From NCBI GenBank assembly GCA_963711845.1, contig CAVQFR010000014.1, positions 73,644-137,643 of the forward strand: a stretch of DNA of 64,000 nt, read 5' to 3'. The notes beneath the pieces were generated by a model, which did not search any database, was not told the DNA's origin, and saw only the letters and a program-made list of their open reading frames with translations. The translations under genes were made by a program, and so were the position numbers. This DNA is from an uncultured delta proteobacterium (lineage in GTDB: Bacteria; Desulfobacterota; BSN033; UBA1163). Shown piece after piece: positions 30,265-40,430 of this stretch; within the stretch, counting starts at the first letter, position 1; every line of letters begins with the position of its first letter.

Positions 30265-31311
30265 TCAGTTTTTCAATTCAATACCTATTTTCTCCAAGCC
30301 TTCTAAAACCTCGCCCACTTCAATCGCTCTTAAACATTCAAGATCATTACATTGAATGAATCTTTCTTGAGGACATGGAGAGCAAGGGACTCCCCTGCAA
30401 ACCACAAATGCCTTTTTTCCCTTCGGCGACCAAACCTTTTGGTCTGTGGGCCCAAAGATGACCAGCGTAGGAAGTCCTAAGGCAGCGGCCATATGAGAAA
30501 TACCGGAGTCATTTCCAATAAAGAACCCACATCCTTCCATCACAGAGGCCAGCTGGAGAAGGGTAAGTCCCTTTGCCAGAATGGGGGCCTTGGGTCCCAT
30601 TCCCTCGAAGGCCCTCCGCACTTCTGGCCCTTCGGCTGGACCAAGAACGATGAGGATTTTTGAGCGGAGACGGTCTTGAAGTGTACGAACGAGATTTAAA
30701 AATCGATCAAGGGGCCAAACCTTTTTCTTGCTCCCACTCCCGGGATGGAGGATGATCACTTTCGATCGCTCTACCCGTGGCACCCCTTTGCTTTTCCAGA
30801 AATCCCTCGCCCACTCCCGATCCGACTCTTTCAAATAGAGTTTCGGATTTGGCTTGGATCTGGGAAACCCGTATCGGGTGAATTGTTTGAGAAGATGCTC
30901 GGTGATATGAACCTTCTCATCCCAGGGTGGAAAAGAATTGATGGGAAGGATTCGCCCCTGACAAACCCTCCTTAGATTCCCGATGACCGTTCCTTCTGCG
31001 TCTTTTCCAAAGACAGCGATGAGATCGAATGTTTTGAAAAATTCAGAGAGCGTAAAATCCAGATTCCCTTCTCGATTGAAGAAAGAGGCCATCCCCCTTT
31101 GATCGATGGAGAAGATCTCATCGGCATAAAATCGCCTTTCCACCAACTCCAAAATCCTTGGATATCCCATGATCACTGATTTCGCATGTGGAAAGGCCTT
31201 TCGAAGGGTTTCGAGGGCAGGCAAGGCGAGAATGAAATCACCCAGAGCGCCCTGATGAATGACCAGGATGGATTGAAACTCAGGCGTTTTTTGCAAGACA
31301 GAAGAGTCCAA
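30265..31311 (-). CDS. glycosyltransferase family 9 (heptosyltransferase-like)
   Basis: GT9 hallmark FIGNDSGISHMAAALGLPTLVIFGPTD and KVIILHPGSGSKKKVWP. Confidence 0.85.
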   Translation of the reverse strand: MDSSVLQKTPEFQSILVIHQGALGDFILALPALETLRKAFPHAKSVIMGYPRILELVERRFYADEIFSIDQRGMASFFNREGNLDFTLSEFFKTFDLIAVFGKDAEGTVIGNLRRVCQGRILPINSFPPWDEKVHITEHLLKQFTRYGFPRSKPNPKLYLKESDREWARDFWKSKGVPRVERSKVIILHPGSGSKKKVWPLDRFLNLVRTLQDRLRSKILIVLGPAEGPEVRRAFEGMGPKAPILAKGLTLLQLASVMEGCGFFIGNDSGISHMAAALGLPTLVIFGPTDQKVWSPKGKKAFVVCRGVPCSPCPQERFIQCNDLECLRAIEVGEVLEGLEKIGIELKN

Positions 31312-31329
31312 CGATTGACCTCCTCTCGG

Positions 31330-32361
31330 TCAGGAGATTCTTTCCAGACGCTTCCGAATGTGTTCATCATCGGGTGTGATCTGAAGGATCTTTCGATATT
31401 CCCTTCTTGCCTCTTTCCATCTTTCCTGATCCTCGTAGAGTACACCCAAATTGATTCTTGCAAAGAGATAGTCGGGGTTGATACGAAGGGCCTTCTTCAA
31501 TTCAATGGCGGCTTCCTCATATCGTCTCCGATCGCTATAAAGAAGGGCTAAATTATAATGGAGATCTGCGTGCTGAGGGCTCATACGAACCGCCTTTTTC
31601 ATACACCGAAGGGCTTCACGGGTACGGCACATCAAACCATAGACATAACTGAGGTTCGCATATCCCATGCCATAGCAGGGATCGATCTTCAAAGCTTTCT
31701 GAAATTCCTGAATCGCCCTGAGGTAGGCTCCTTGATAGGTATGGACCGTTCCAAGGTTTGCATGAAAAATAAATTCATCAGGTTTCAGCCTTGCGGCCTT
31801 TCGAAGCTCATGGATCGCCTGGGTGGATTTCCCTTTTTTGGCCAGATAGAGACCGATGAAGTTCTGGAACTGGGCGTAGTGGTGGTTCAAATGAATCTTT
31901 CTTAAAACCCTTTCTGCTTTCTTATTAAGTTGGACTACGCCTCTCTGCCATACTCCTTTCTTTCTGTAATAGTCTCGATAATAGGCGTGGTACTGGATGG
32001 CTTTATGAATTTGAGCCGCGGCTTCCTTCTGCTTTCCGGCGCGAAGATACAAAATCCCCAAGACATGATGAATAAAACCATCCTTCGGATATTGTTTTGC
32101 TTCGGGGAGAAAAATCTCTTCGGCCTCCTTCCATCGCCTCATTTCAAGATATAAGAAACCTAAATTAAGAATGGCCTCTCGATACTTCGGGTTCACACGG
32201 AGGGCCTCTAAAAAATGATTCCTCGCCTTTTCCATCTCTCCCTTGACCATCAAAAGAAGAGCGAACTGATTTTGGAGATCCGCATAGTTGGGATGGAGCT
32301 GAACCTCTTTTTCAACCTCCCCCAGGATTCGCTTATAAATTAGATTCCGGCTTGTTCTCAT
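31330..32361 (-). CDS. tetratricopeptide repeat (TPR) protein
   Basis: Multiple TPR-like 34-residue repeats (…AIQEFQKALKIDPCYGMGYANLSYVY…). Confidence 0.8.
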   Translation of the reverse strand: MRTSRNLIYKRILGEVEKEVQLHPNYADLQNQFALLLMVKGEMEKARNHFLEALRVNPKYREAILNLGFLYLEMRRWKEAEEIFLPEAKQYPKDGFIHHVLGILYLRAGKQKEAAAQIHKAIQYHAYYRDYYRKKGVWQRGVVQLNKKAERVLRKIHLNHHYAQFQNFIGLYLAKKGKSTQAIHELRKAARLKPDEFIFHANLGTVHTYQGAYLRAIQEFQKALKIDPCYGMGYANLSYVYGLMCRTREALRCMKKAVRMSPQHADLHYNLALLYSDRRRYEEAAIELKKALRINPDYLFARINLGVLYEDQERWKEARREYRKILQITPDDEHIRKRLERIS

Positions 32362-32674
32362 CCTCTCCTTCCTCTTCCCTTACATCCACTGGTACCCAAT
32401 GACCCCTTTCCTTTCTCCAGTTGAAAAATTGAAAATTAACGTCGACCACACCGGGAATGCTCTTAACCTTCTTTTCTAAGGAATAGAGAGCGTGGATCGT
32501 TAAGTGCGCCGTCTTCGCTTCATCCCCATCGGCAGGAGGATTGGAAATTTGAAAAATGCCTCTGATGTAGACCACTCCCTTCACTGTCCCGAAATCTATT
32601 CTAGAACAATCGATGGAGGTACGGATCAACATTCGCCGAATATTGGATTGAATTACAAAATCTTCTTTTAACAT
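32333..32674 (-). CDS. hypothetical protein
   Basis: 113-aa ORF between the response-regulator and TPR genes, same strand. Confidence 0.35.
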   Translation of the reverse strand: MLKEDFVIQSNIRRMLIRTSIDCSRIDFGTVKGVVYIRGIFQISNPPADGDEAKTAHLTIHALYSLEKKVKSIPGVVDVNFQFFNWRKERGHWVPVDVREEEGEDENKPESNL

Positions 32675-32701
32675 CTTGTCTCAAATTAACCCTAACTCAT
32701 C

Positions 32702-33091
32702 TCACGGTTGATCAGGTTCTTTCTTCAATGCTCGGCTCACTGCATCTAATAGCTCCTCAGGGTCATAAGGTTTCTTAACGTAAAAACGAGCCCCCAGTGC
32801 CATGGCCTTTTCCTCTGAGTTCTTCTCTGGACTCCCCGTCAAGAAGATCACGGGAATGGCAAGGGTATTCACGGATTCCTTCAATTTCTCGGCAACGCTA
32901 AACCCGTTCCCCGCCGGCATTCGGATATCGAGGATGATGAGATCCGGGTTTTCTTTGTGGGCCGTAAAAATACCTTGGGCCCCATCAAAGGCGGTAACGA
33001 CCTCATATCCGGCTCCTCGAAGCCGGATCGTCAATGCCTTGATAATATCCCGTTCATCATCCACAATGAGAATCTTTTTTTTCTGCTCCAT
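32702..33091 (-). CDS. single-domain response regulator (CheY-like receiver)
   Basis: KILIVDDERDI…DLIILDIRMP…IPVIFLTG with conserved Asp pocket. Confidence 0.85.
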   Translation of the reverse strand: MEQKKKILIVDDERDIIKALTIRLRGAGYEVVTAFDGAQGIFTAHKENPDLIILDIRMPAGNGFSVAEKLKESVNTLAIPVIFLTGSPEKNSEEKAMALGARFYVKKPYDPEELLDAVSRALKKEPDQP

Positions 33092-33098
33092 ATTCCCC

Positions 33099-34418
33099 TC
33101 ATTCTACCCGTCCATCTTTTTTATTTTCTCCCTCTTCTACTCTCTTCCAACCAGGTGAATCCCCTTGAAGCCAACCCGACATCTCGTCCCTTGTTTGGTG
33201 GAAAGTCTCCATTTCTCCTTTTTCGATGGGAAGGCCCGTAGGAAAGATTTCTCTCAGCGGGTTCCGGAATTGTCCGTCTTTGGCCAGCCGATAGTCCAAA
33301 TGAGGCCCGGTGGAAAGACCGGTCGATCCCACATATCCGATGGTCTGTTTCTGATTCACCCTTGCTCCTTTTCTGACCCCAGAGCCAAAACCGGAAAGGT
33401 GACCATAATAGGTGATGTACCCATTACTATGGCGGAGGATCACCTGATTCCCGAATCCGCCGCTCCATCCGCAAGAGGCAACGGTTCCGTCTGCCACAGC
33501 CCATATCGGTGTGCCGGGCGGAGCCGCATAATCCACGCCATAATGAGGCCGCACTCCTCCCAGGATCGGGTGTTTTCTGGCCCGGCTGAATTTCGAACTG
33601 ATCCGGTTAAACCTTAAAGGGACTTTTAAAAAAGCTCTCCTCAGAGAAATCCCTTTTTCATTATAATATCCCTCTTTATACCGGATCCCTTGAATGATCC
33701 TTTCTCCCCTCTGATACTCCACGGCACGGATCGGTCCATATTGGATAAACTGATCTCCTTTATAAACCTTCTCCACCACCATTTTAAATCGATCTCCTTC
33801 CCGCACGTCTTTATAAAAATCGATCTCCCAAGCCAGGATTTCCGCAAAAGCAACGGTCAAAGGATCTTGTTCTCCCGCCGCCTCCATCGCTTCAAAGAGA
33901 GAGGAATGAATTTCTCCAACGACCTTCACCAGACGGCTTTCGAGGGGAACTTTCTTTCTTTGAGCCACATATTCTTCGGAATCTTTCTCAATTTCATAAA
34001 TCTCCGTAGGACTCGCTTCGTAAACAAACTTCACCAGCTCCCCCTTCCCATCGGTGGTGAACCGGTAAGTTCCTCCTTTCATCTTCTTGAAATTCACATA
34101 GGGTTTCAATTTCGAGATTATCAGATCGATCCACCGAAGAGGAATGCGCTTCTCCGATAAGGATTGGAAAAGGGTGCTTCGTTCTTTCACATCCCCTTCA
34201 ATGGTATGGAGAGAGGGATCCTGGGGAGTCACTGGAGTGGAGACAGGAGGGGCATCGGAAAGCGGTGGAGGGGTGGGAGGGAGTACAAAAAAGTAGGTCA
34301 GGAGCAAAAGTCCAACCAGAAGAAACCCTGAAAGAAGAACCCGCTTCCTTCTCCTCCTGTTCGCCTCAAAAGGCCTCCCTTCAAACCGACCCAATTTTTT
34401 AAAATCTAAAGGCTCCAT
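33099..34418 (-). CDS. M23-family metallopeptidase with N-terminal membrane anchor
   Basis: M23 motifs HYGVDYAAPPGTPIWAVADG and GYVGSTGLSTGPHLDY. Confidence 0.85.
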   Translation of the reverse strand: MEPLDFKKLGRFEGRPFEANRRRRKRVLLSGFLLVGLLLLTYFFVLPPTPPPLSDAPPVSTPVTPQDPSLHTIEGDVKERSTLFQSLSEKRIPLRWIDLIISKLKPYVNFKKMKGGTYRFTTDGKGELVKFVYEASPTEIYEIEKDSEEYVAQRKKVPLESRLVKVVGEIHSSLFEAMEAAGEQDPLTVAFAEILAWEIDFYKDVREGDRFKMVVEKVYKGDQFIQYGPIRAVEYQRGERIIQGIRYKEGYYNEKGISLRRAFLKVPLRFNRISSKFSRARKHPILGGVRPHYGVDYAAPPGTPIWAVADGTVASCGWSGGFGNQVILRHSNGYITYYGHLSGFGSGVRKGARVNQKQTIGYVGSTGLSTGPHLDYRLAKDGQFRNPLREIFPTGLPIEKGEMETFHQTRDEMSGWLQGDSPGWKRVEEGENKKDGRVE

Positions 34419-34435
34419 TCTGAACTCCCCATCCC

Positions 34436-35422
34436 TTAGATCATCCCTCTTAAGAAATTCGCGGCATCTTCAGGGGGAGTGGGGTTGACAAAAAAACCTG
34501 TCCCCCATTCGAACCCTTCCCGCAGTCCGATTCGTAATCGGGTTTCCATGTGCCAGTGGTATTCTGGCCGGTGGAATCGAATCTGAACAGGAGAAGTATG
34601 CAACGTAAGACTATACGGCGGATCAGCAAGGAGTTTAAGAAAACAATGGAACAGTGACTGGATCCCGACGGAAAGATCTCCCACCTCTGCTTCGGTGATG
34701 TTGTGAAAATCAGGGCAGTGGACCTTCGGGACGATCCAGGTTTCAAACGGGTAGCGTGAGGCGAATGGGGCGAAGATTAAAAAATGGACGGTTTCCAGAA
34801 TCACCCTTTTTTTCATAGAGATTTCTTCTTTGAGGATGTCACAGAAAATACAGCGTTCCTTGCGTTGATAGTAATCCAAGGTCCCCCAGATCTCTTCGTC
34901 AATTCGCTTCGGGATGACCGGCATCGCCATGATATGAGAATGGGGATGGCGGTTAAAGATGCCCGGGTAATTCTTGAGAATCAGGAACTGCTGGAATCGC
35001 TGATCCTTTTCCAAATCGATCAGCCTCCCCTTATAAGCCAACAGGATTTTTTCAATCTGCTTGGGTTCCATGGTAGCCAGGTTCTGATGATGTTCAGGGG
35101 CCTCCACAACAATCTCATGGGCGCCGATGGCCTCCATGACATCATACATCCCCTCCGGTCTTCGGTCGAAGTTCCCTTCGATACGGAAGAAAGGGAATTT
35201 ATTCGGGATCACCCGGACAGACCATCCTCCTCCCTCCCGGCTCAGTGAAAAAGTTTCTTGCGGGGTCATCCCTTCATTCCCCGGGCAGAAAGGACAGGGA
35301 CCCTCCGCCTCCCGGCGGCCATAGGGGGGTTTGAAGGAAAGGTAATCCGATGGACTTTTGGGATCGTCGTTGGTCACGACCACCCACATTCCCGTAACAG
35401 GCTCTCTTCTCAGTTCTGCCAT
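34436..35422 (-). CDS. galactose-1-phosphate uridylyltransferase-like (GalT / HIT superfamily)
   Basis: Zinc-site CPFCPGNE and active-site HPHSH (H-x-H) motifs; start taken at MAELRREPVTGMWVVV. Confidence 0.7.
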   Translation of the reverse strand: MAELRREPVTGMWVVVTNDDPKSPSDYLSFKPPYGRREAEGPCPFCPGNEGMTPQETFSLSREGGGWSVRVIPNKFPFFRIEGNFDRRPEGMYDVMEAIGAHEIVVEAPEHHQNLATMEPKQIEKILLAYKGRLIDLEKDQRFQQFLILKNYPGIFNRHPHSHIMAMPVIPKRIDEEIWGTLDYYQRKERCIFCDILKEEISMKKRVILETVHFLIFAPFASRYPFETWIVPKVHCPDFHNITEAEVGDLSVGIQSLFHCFLKLLADPPYSLTLHTSPVQIRFHRPEYHWHMETRLRIGLREGFEWGTGFFVNPTPPEDAANFLRGMI

Positions 35423-35432
35423 CGCACTCTTC

Positions 35433-36020
35433 TCAGGAAAGGAGCGATTGGTAAATATATTGCCTTCCCCGATGGGAATCTTCCTTTCCCATCGTCGCCC
35501 GCTCCACTCGCACGACAAGACGCTTCTTGTAAAGATTGAGAAGCCGCGTGCCGCTCGTGTTCATCCCAATCCCTTCCTCCTCGGATAATTCCCTCAGCGT
35601 CAACTGCCTTCTCTTCATCACCCGGGTGAGGGTGTGGATCAGATAATTATTCAGAGAACCGACGAGTTGCCATCCTTCCGTCCCGGTGGTCAGTACGGCC
35701 AACTTTTTTCTTTCCAGGGCCACGCCGATGTTCTCCGCCTGGGAAGGACTGAGGCTCTTCAGGACGAGAAATTTCTCTCCATACTCACCGCTCCACAACC
35801 GGGAGATCATCTTGGCCACGACTTCGTCGGCCCAGGAAAAATCGACAGAACCCATCCCTGAGAAATCGAGGACCAAGCAAATGGATCCTTTTTCCTCCCC
35901 TAAAATTCTTTCAAGGCCCTCCCGAATCCGGATGCCTCGAGAGCGGCCGGTCATCTCCCTCGATCCGTTCTTCAAAAGGGTCTGGGTCAGCTTCTTTAAA
36001 GAGAGCGTCCGCTTTTCCAT
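35433..36020 (-). CDS. hypothetical protein (STAS-like/DUF4325-like N-terminus, possible C-terminal wHTH)
   Basis: 195-aa ORF; tentative domain guess only. Confidence 0.4.
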   Translation of the reverse strand: MEKRTLSLKKLTQTLLKNGSREMTGRSRGIRIREGLERILGEEKGSICLVLDFSGMGSVDFSWADEVVAKMISRLWSGEYGEKFLVLKSLSPSQAENIGVALERKKLAVLTTGTEGWQLVGSLNNYLIHTLTRVMKRRQLTLRELSEEEGIGMNTSGTRLLNLYKKRLVVRVERATMGKEDSHRGRQYIYQSLLS

Positions 36021-36174
36021 TCTTCTTCTTCAATTGATTCAGTTGAACCAATTAATCATAAAGTTTATCTTTTGTCAAGTGATTTTTGAGAGAACTCTGA
36101 AATGCAATCTCTCTGGGTTACACAGATTTCAGTAAATGAATAAACAAATTCCCCTTCTTCTCGATGCATTTCTA

Positions 36175-36270
36175 CCAGGAATCTCCCCCCCCTTTGTGGG
36201 GGAGGGTGGGGGCGGGTTGGAGAAGTTTGGCTCCCCTCCCTCCTTCCTCCTCTCCCACCGGGGGAGAGGA
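36175..36270. repeat. GC-rich repeat, divergent copy 3 (…cctcctctcccaccgggggagagg…)
   Basis: Shares CCTCTCCC/GGGAGAGG core with the other copies. Confidence 0.45.
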
Positions 36271-36480
36271 ATATTTTTTAGATATTCTAAGTAGGGCGGG
36301 ATCGCCGATCACGCCGATCAGACGGTGCGTTCGGGGAACGCACCCTACAGGAAAGATAAAATTATTTATTGCGTTTGCATTGGACTTTTTCCGAAATCTC
36401 TTTGAGAGATCTTATATCTTCAAGGCAGGATTGGGCAGGGCCCGTCGGGTTTCATGAGGAAGAACCGCCGGAGGGCGGTG

Positions 36481-36792
36481 TCAATGGAGAAGCGAGTCCG
36501 GATCTGTTCGGATTTGAAAAGGACCTTCCCAAGGGTGCTGAATCTCACCCACAAACCGATCTCGGCAACTCTTACACATGATCAAAGTGATCTCTTCGTA
36601 GACATCTTTCTCCAACTCCTTGGGATCCAAATGTTGGACCTCTTCAAGCAGACCCTTCAATTGTCGATCAATTCCTTCCGCTGGTTCTGAAAGGATGCCG
36701 TCAAAACCCGAAACAACCCTGATATAGACCACATAGAATGAGCTACCCGGCTGGAGTCTCTTCCCACATCTAAAGCAATTTTTCTCTTTCAT
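36481..36792 (-). CDS. hypothetical zinc-ribbon protein
   Basis: 103-aa ORF with paired CxxC motifs (CFRCGK…CKSCRD). Confidence 0.4.
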   Translation of the reverse strand: MKEKNCFRCGKRLQPGSSFYVVYIRVVSGFDGILSEPAEGIDRQLKGLLEEVQHLDPKELEKDVYEEITLIMCKSCRDRFVGEIQHPWEGPFQIRTDPDSLLH

Positions 36793-36824
36793 CGGTTCCT
36801 CTCTATGATTGGGTTTTCCTCTTT

Positions 36825-38132
36825 CTATCCTTCACATTTCCTCTTCCACTCTTCCATGTCTTTCAAAGCCCGCCTCGCCATCAGAAGCCGTCTCCCCCTG
36901 CCTCTGTTCTTCTCTGGTAAAGGAGGAAACAGACCAAAGTTGATGTTCATGGGCTGAAAGGGAACAGCGCTCGAATGGGTGATGTAATCGACCAACGCAC
37001 CCATAGCCGTCGTAGGCGGGGGGACAATGGCCGGCATCCCATTCGCATATCGATGGGCATTGATCCCGGAGAGTAGCCCGATCGCAGTCGATTCCATGTA
37101 CCCCTCTACCCCTGTGATCTGCCCGGCGAAGAAGAGGCTCGGTTGAGTCTTCAGTTGGAGGGATTCCCTCAGCAATCGAGGGGAATCAATAAAGGTATTG
37201 AGATGCATGGAACCCAGTCGAACAAATTCTGCTTTTTCCAACCCCGGAATCATCCGGAATACCCTCTTCTGTTCTTCATGCTTCAACCGAGTTTGAAACC
37301 CCACCAGATTGAAAAGCGTCTCAAACCGGTCCTCCTGCCTCAGCTGGACGACGGCAAAGGGCTGTCTTCCTGTCTTCGGATCAGTGAGGCCAACCGGCTT
37401 GAGAGGCCCAAAAGCAAGCGTCCCCCTTCCCCGTTCCGCCATCTCTTCAACGGGAAGACATCCTTCAAAGAAATATCTTTTTTCAAACGGGTGCACCAGC
37501 GCTTTTTCCGCCTGATTCAACGCCTCCACAAACCGGCCATAGGCTTCTTCATCCATTGGACAATTGACATAGTCGTCTCCCCCTTTTCCATACCGGGACG
37601 ACTTGAAGGCATACTGATAATCGATCGAATCAGCGGCCACGATGGGTGAGATGGCATCGTAGAAAAAAAGGTGCCGGGATCCTGTCACCTTCTGAATCTC
37701 CTTGCTCAACATTTCTGACGTCAGGGGACCTGTCGCAATAATCGTGATCCCGTCCTGGGGAATACAAGAGATTTCCTTCCGGATCACCTCCACATTTTCC
37801 AAGTTTTCTAAGGTTTGAGTGATCTGTCTCGAAAAAACTGTTCGGTCCACGGCCAGGGAGTCTCCCGCCGGAACTCTTGCCTCTTTCGCAACTTTTAAGA
37901 TGAAGGATCCTAAGAGTCCCATCTCCTCCTTCAGAACCCCCGAAGCGTTCTCAATGGATTCTGATTTAAGAGAATTGCTGCAGACCAATTCTGCAAAGAA
38001 AGGAGAGCGGTGGGCCGGAGAATAGGCCTCCGGCTTCATCTCATAGAGGATGACCTTCCCTCCTCTCTTAGCAATCTGCCAGGCCGCTTCGCACCCCGCC
38101 AGCCCTGCGCCGATAACGACAATCGGTTCCAT
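36825..38132 (-). CDS. trmFO: methylenetetrahydrofolate--tRNA-(uracil54-C5)-methyltransferase
   Basis: FAD-binding N-terminus MEPIVVIGAGLAGCEAAWQIAKRG and TrmFO/Gid-family body. Confidence 0.9.
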   Translation of the reverse strand: MEPIVVIGAGLAGCEAAWQIAKRGGKVILYEMKPEAYSPAHRSPFFAELVCSNSLKSESIENASGVLKEEMGLLGSFILKVAKEARVPAGDSLAVDRTVFSRQITQTLENLENVEVIRKEISCIPQDGITIIATGPLTSEMLSKEIQKVTGSRHLFFYDAISPIVAADSIDYQYAFKSSRYGKGGDDYVNCPMDEEAYGRFVEALNQAEKALVHPFEKRYFFEGCLPVEEMAERGRGTLAFGPLKPVGLTDPKTGRQPFAVVQLRQEDRFETLFNLVGFQTRLKHEEQKRVFRMIPGLEKAEFVRLGSMHLNTFIDSPRLLRESLQLKTQPSLFFAGQITGVEGYMESTAIGLLSGINAHRYANGMPAIVPPPTTAMGALVDYITHSSAVPFQPMNINFGLFPPLPEKNRGRGRRLLMARRALKDMEEWKRKCEG

Positions 38133-38352
38133 CGTTCTTTATTCTATTTGGTCTCTCATAGATTTGCAAAGTAAAATTCCAACATCTTATTGGCCCCTTG
38201 GGGTCCATCAAAAATGGACCTTCCCTCTTCCTCATTAAAACTCCCTTTCCCACGAAGTGGAGCCAAATGGAAATTGCCATAAAATCAAATTCTTGGTATA
38301 AATAGGTCAACTTCTGGGGGTGATTGACAATTTCACTATGATGAGAATTTGA

Positions 38353-38910
38353 GTGAAGTGGCGATATATTGGTTTTTGTAGGAGGGACGGAATTCAGAAC
38401 GATCGAAAAGTGAGGGGGATGAGATTTCTGGAAGACAAAATAAGTGCAAGAGTTCAACAACGTCCCGCAGACCCAAAATCGCCTATCATCACACACGCTT
38501 TTGCTGTAGATAAGGGTTCTTATGGATATATTTGGAAAATTTATATCGAAGCAGAGGGTCCAGACGGGGATATGGATAGAATTGCCGTAGTTGTGGACCA
38601 GACAGGTTACGGTTATTACTCAACGGATTGGATCATCCTAAAGCCCCAATGTCGAGAGCATATTATAGGATACCTTCAATGGAATACTTTCAGTTCAAAA
38701 GGTTCGTATTTACCGGAGTGGACACAGATTTCCGCGAAGGTTTCCATTTTTGACAAATCTGGGAATGAAAGCAACGAAGTGATTTTCCCATTTACATTCG
38801 AGTCTGGGGTAAAAAACCAATATGAAAACCAGCTCCCTGCTCCGTTCGATAAAAGGAATATCCCACGGTTAGGGCATATTATGATTGATCTTTATTATGA
38901 AAGTAGGTGA
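38353..38910 (+). CDS. hypothetical protein
   Basis: 185-aa ORF (GTG start; alternative ATG at internal MRFLEDK); no recognisable motif. Confidence 0.35.
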   Translation: MKWRYIGFCRRDGIQNDRKVRGMRFLEDKISARVQQRPADPKSPIITHAFAVDKGSYGYIWKIYIEAEGPDGDMDRIAVVVDQTGYGYYSTDWIILKPQCREHIIGYLQWNTFSSKGSYLPEWTQISAKVSIFDKSGNESNEVIFPFTFESGVKNQYENQLPAPFDKRNIPRLGHIMIDLYYESR

Positions 38911-39036
38911 AACCGATTAGATCTACCGATGCCTCGTTGGAAGACCTTTTTGGATCAACCCTACGCAATACACTTTAGCATTTTTGGGCTACAGCTTCCG
39001 TGGCGCGCATGATCTCCATTCCCATCCTTCACTTCC

Positions 39037-39285
39037 TCAGACCTTGAATGCTCCTTCTCTGCCGATATATCTCTTCCTCAGTTTTGTCTTCTCGATCTTG
39101 CCGGTTGGGTTCGATGGAACCTCGCCCAAAAAGACCTTCCGGCGCCGCTTGAATTTCGGCAGTTTCTCACAGTATCGAAGAATCTCCTCTTTGGTGAGGG
39201 ATTTGCCCAAGGTTTCCTCTCGGCGTTCACAAGTGAAGAGGGTCGTGATTCCCCATGAGGCAATAAACATGGATGATGGCTCCAT
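39037..39285 (-). pseudogene. acyl-CoA synthetase (AMP-binding) C-terminal fragment
   Basis: …WGITT…EEILRYCEKLPKFKRRRKVFLGEVPSNPTGKIEKTKLRKRY matches the last ~70 aa of AMP-binding enzymes; no upstream body. Confidence 0.5.
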
Positions 39286-39308
39286 AACGATGATGGGCGG
39301 ATTCAGGG

Positions 39309-39530
39309 TTATTTTCGAAACAGTGTAAACAATAATGTCAGGATGATACTGATGAGAATGGAGGTGGTGAGGGGAAAGTAGAAAGTAAAGTTCTTTTTTC
39401 TAATGAGGATATCCCCGGGAAGTTTTCCGATCCATGGAATTTTCTCGCCAAACAACAGAAGCAACCCGATGAGAATAACAAAAACACCCAGCAGGATGAG
39501 CAGTTTTCCTAAAGCACCAAAGCCAAGCAT
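39309..39530 (-). CDS. DUF2905-family small membrane protein
   Basis: 73-aa ORF with GKLPGDI…FYFPLTTSILISIILTLL pattern. Confidence 0.6.
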   Translation of the reverse strand: MLGFGALGKLLILLGVFVILIGLLLLFGEKIPWIGKLPGDILIRKKNFTFYFPLTTSILISIILTLLFTLFRK

Positions 39531-39650
39531 CCGGCCTCCCCCAAAAACGTGACTCGTGCCCGTGTCTTGTGTCCGTATCCTAAGTGCCTAAAGTTAAAAG
39601 TACCTAAATTGACTAAAGTCATCTCCTGGCATTTAAGTCACTTTAGTCAC

Positions 39651-40199
39651 TTAAGGCACCTTATTGTGGGCTTTGCCCATGTATCGTTCTTTCTCGCTGT
39701 AGATGCAGCCACAATATTGCTGGCGGTACAGTCCCAGGGACTTGGATACCTCCAGTCCCCTTCTCCATCCTTGCCGAAAATCTTCGTAATAAAATGGAAT
39801 CCCTATCTCTTGAGCGATGCGCTCCCCGGTTTCCTTGATCTGAGCATGATTTTGATGGGAGCTTTGGAGAAGGGTGCTTGAAAATCTATCAAAACCCTGA
39901 TCCCTCGCCTCGCGAGCTGTGGCTTCAAGACGGATTGAATAACAAAACTGACATCTTTCCTTAACTCGATGGGAGACATTTCTTAGGAACTCTTCCAGGA
40001 GATATTCATCCCGATAGATCACCTTCAACCCAACTTTTTGGGAGTATTGTTTCAACGCGTCGAGTCTTTTTTGGTATTCCTGGTAAGGGTGAATGTTGGG
40101 GTTGAAAAAATATCCGATGGCCTCCTCCCCTTTTTCATCGATTCGCTCAAGGGGATAGATAGCACAGTTGGCACAACAAATATGGAGGAGAATTTTCAT
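39651..40199 (-). CDS. queH: epoxyqueuosine reductase QueH (DUF208)
   Basis: MKILLHICCANCAIYP N-terminus and C-terminal YCGCIYS cysteine cluster. Confidence 0.85.
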   Translation of the reverse strand: MKILLHICCANCAIYPLERIDEKGEEAIGYFFNPNIHPYQEYQKRLDALKQYSQKVGLKVIYRDEYLLEEFLRNVSHRVKERCQFCYSIRLEATAREARDQGFDRFSSTLLQSSHQNHAQIKETGERIAQEIGIPFYYEDFRQGWRRGLEVSKSLGLYRQQYCGCIYSEKERYMGKAHNKVP

Positions 40200-40245
40200 T
40201 CTACTCAAACTTCACAAAACCACACTTAAGGCTTCCTCTAAAAAT

Positions 40246-40359
40246 GTCATTCCTGCCCCGATTTTCATCGGGATAGACTCCAGCAGGAATCCATAAGCTC
40301 TTGACATAACTGGACTCCCGCCGGAGTTTACCCCGTACTGGATACGGGGCGGGAGTGAC
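40246..40359. repeat. nested-palindrome element with GTCATTCC...GGAGTGAC termini (family member 2)
   Basis: gtcattcctgc…gcaggaatcc…actggactcccgcc…ggcgggagtgac; same two-hairpin architecture as 10703..10767. Confidence 0.5.
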
Positions 40360-40430
40360 GAATTGAAAATTATTATGGGGTCCCCTAACGCTCTGGGGAT
40401 TCGAATTCAGGGTTAGTTAGCAGCAAGGGT

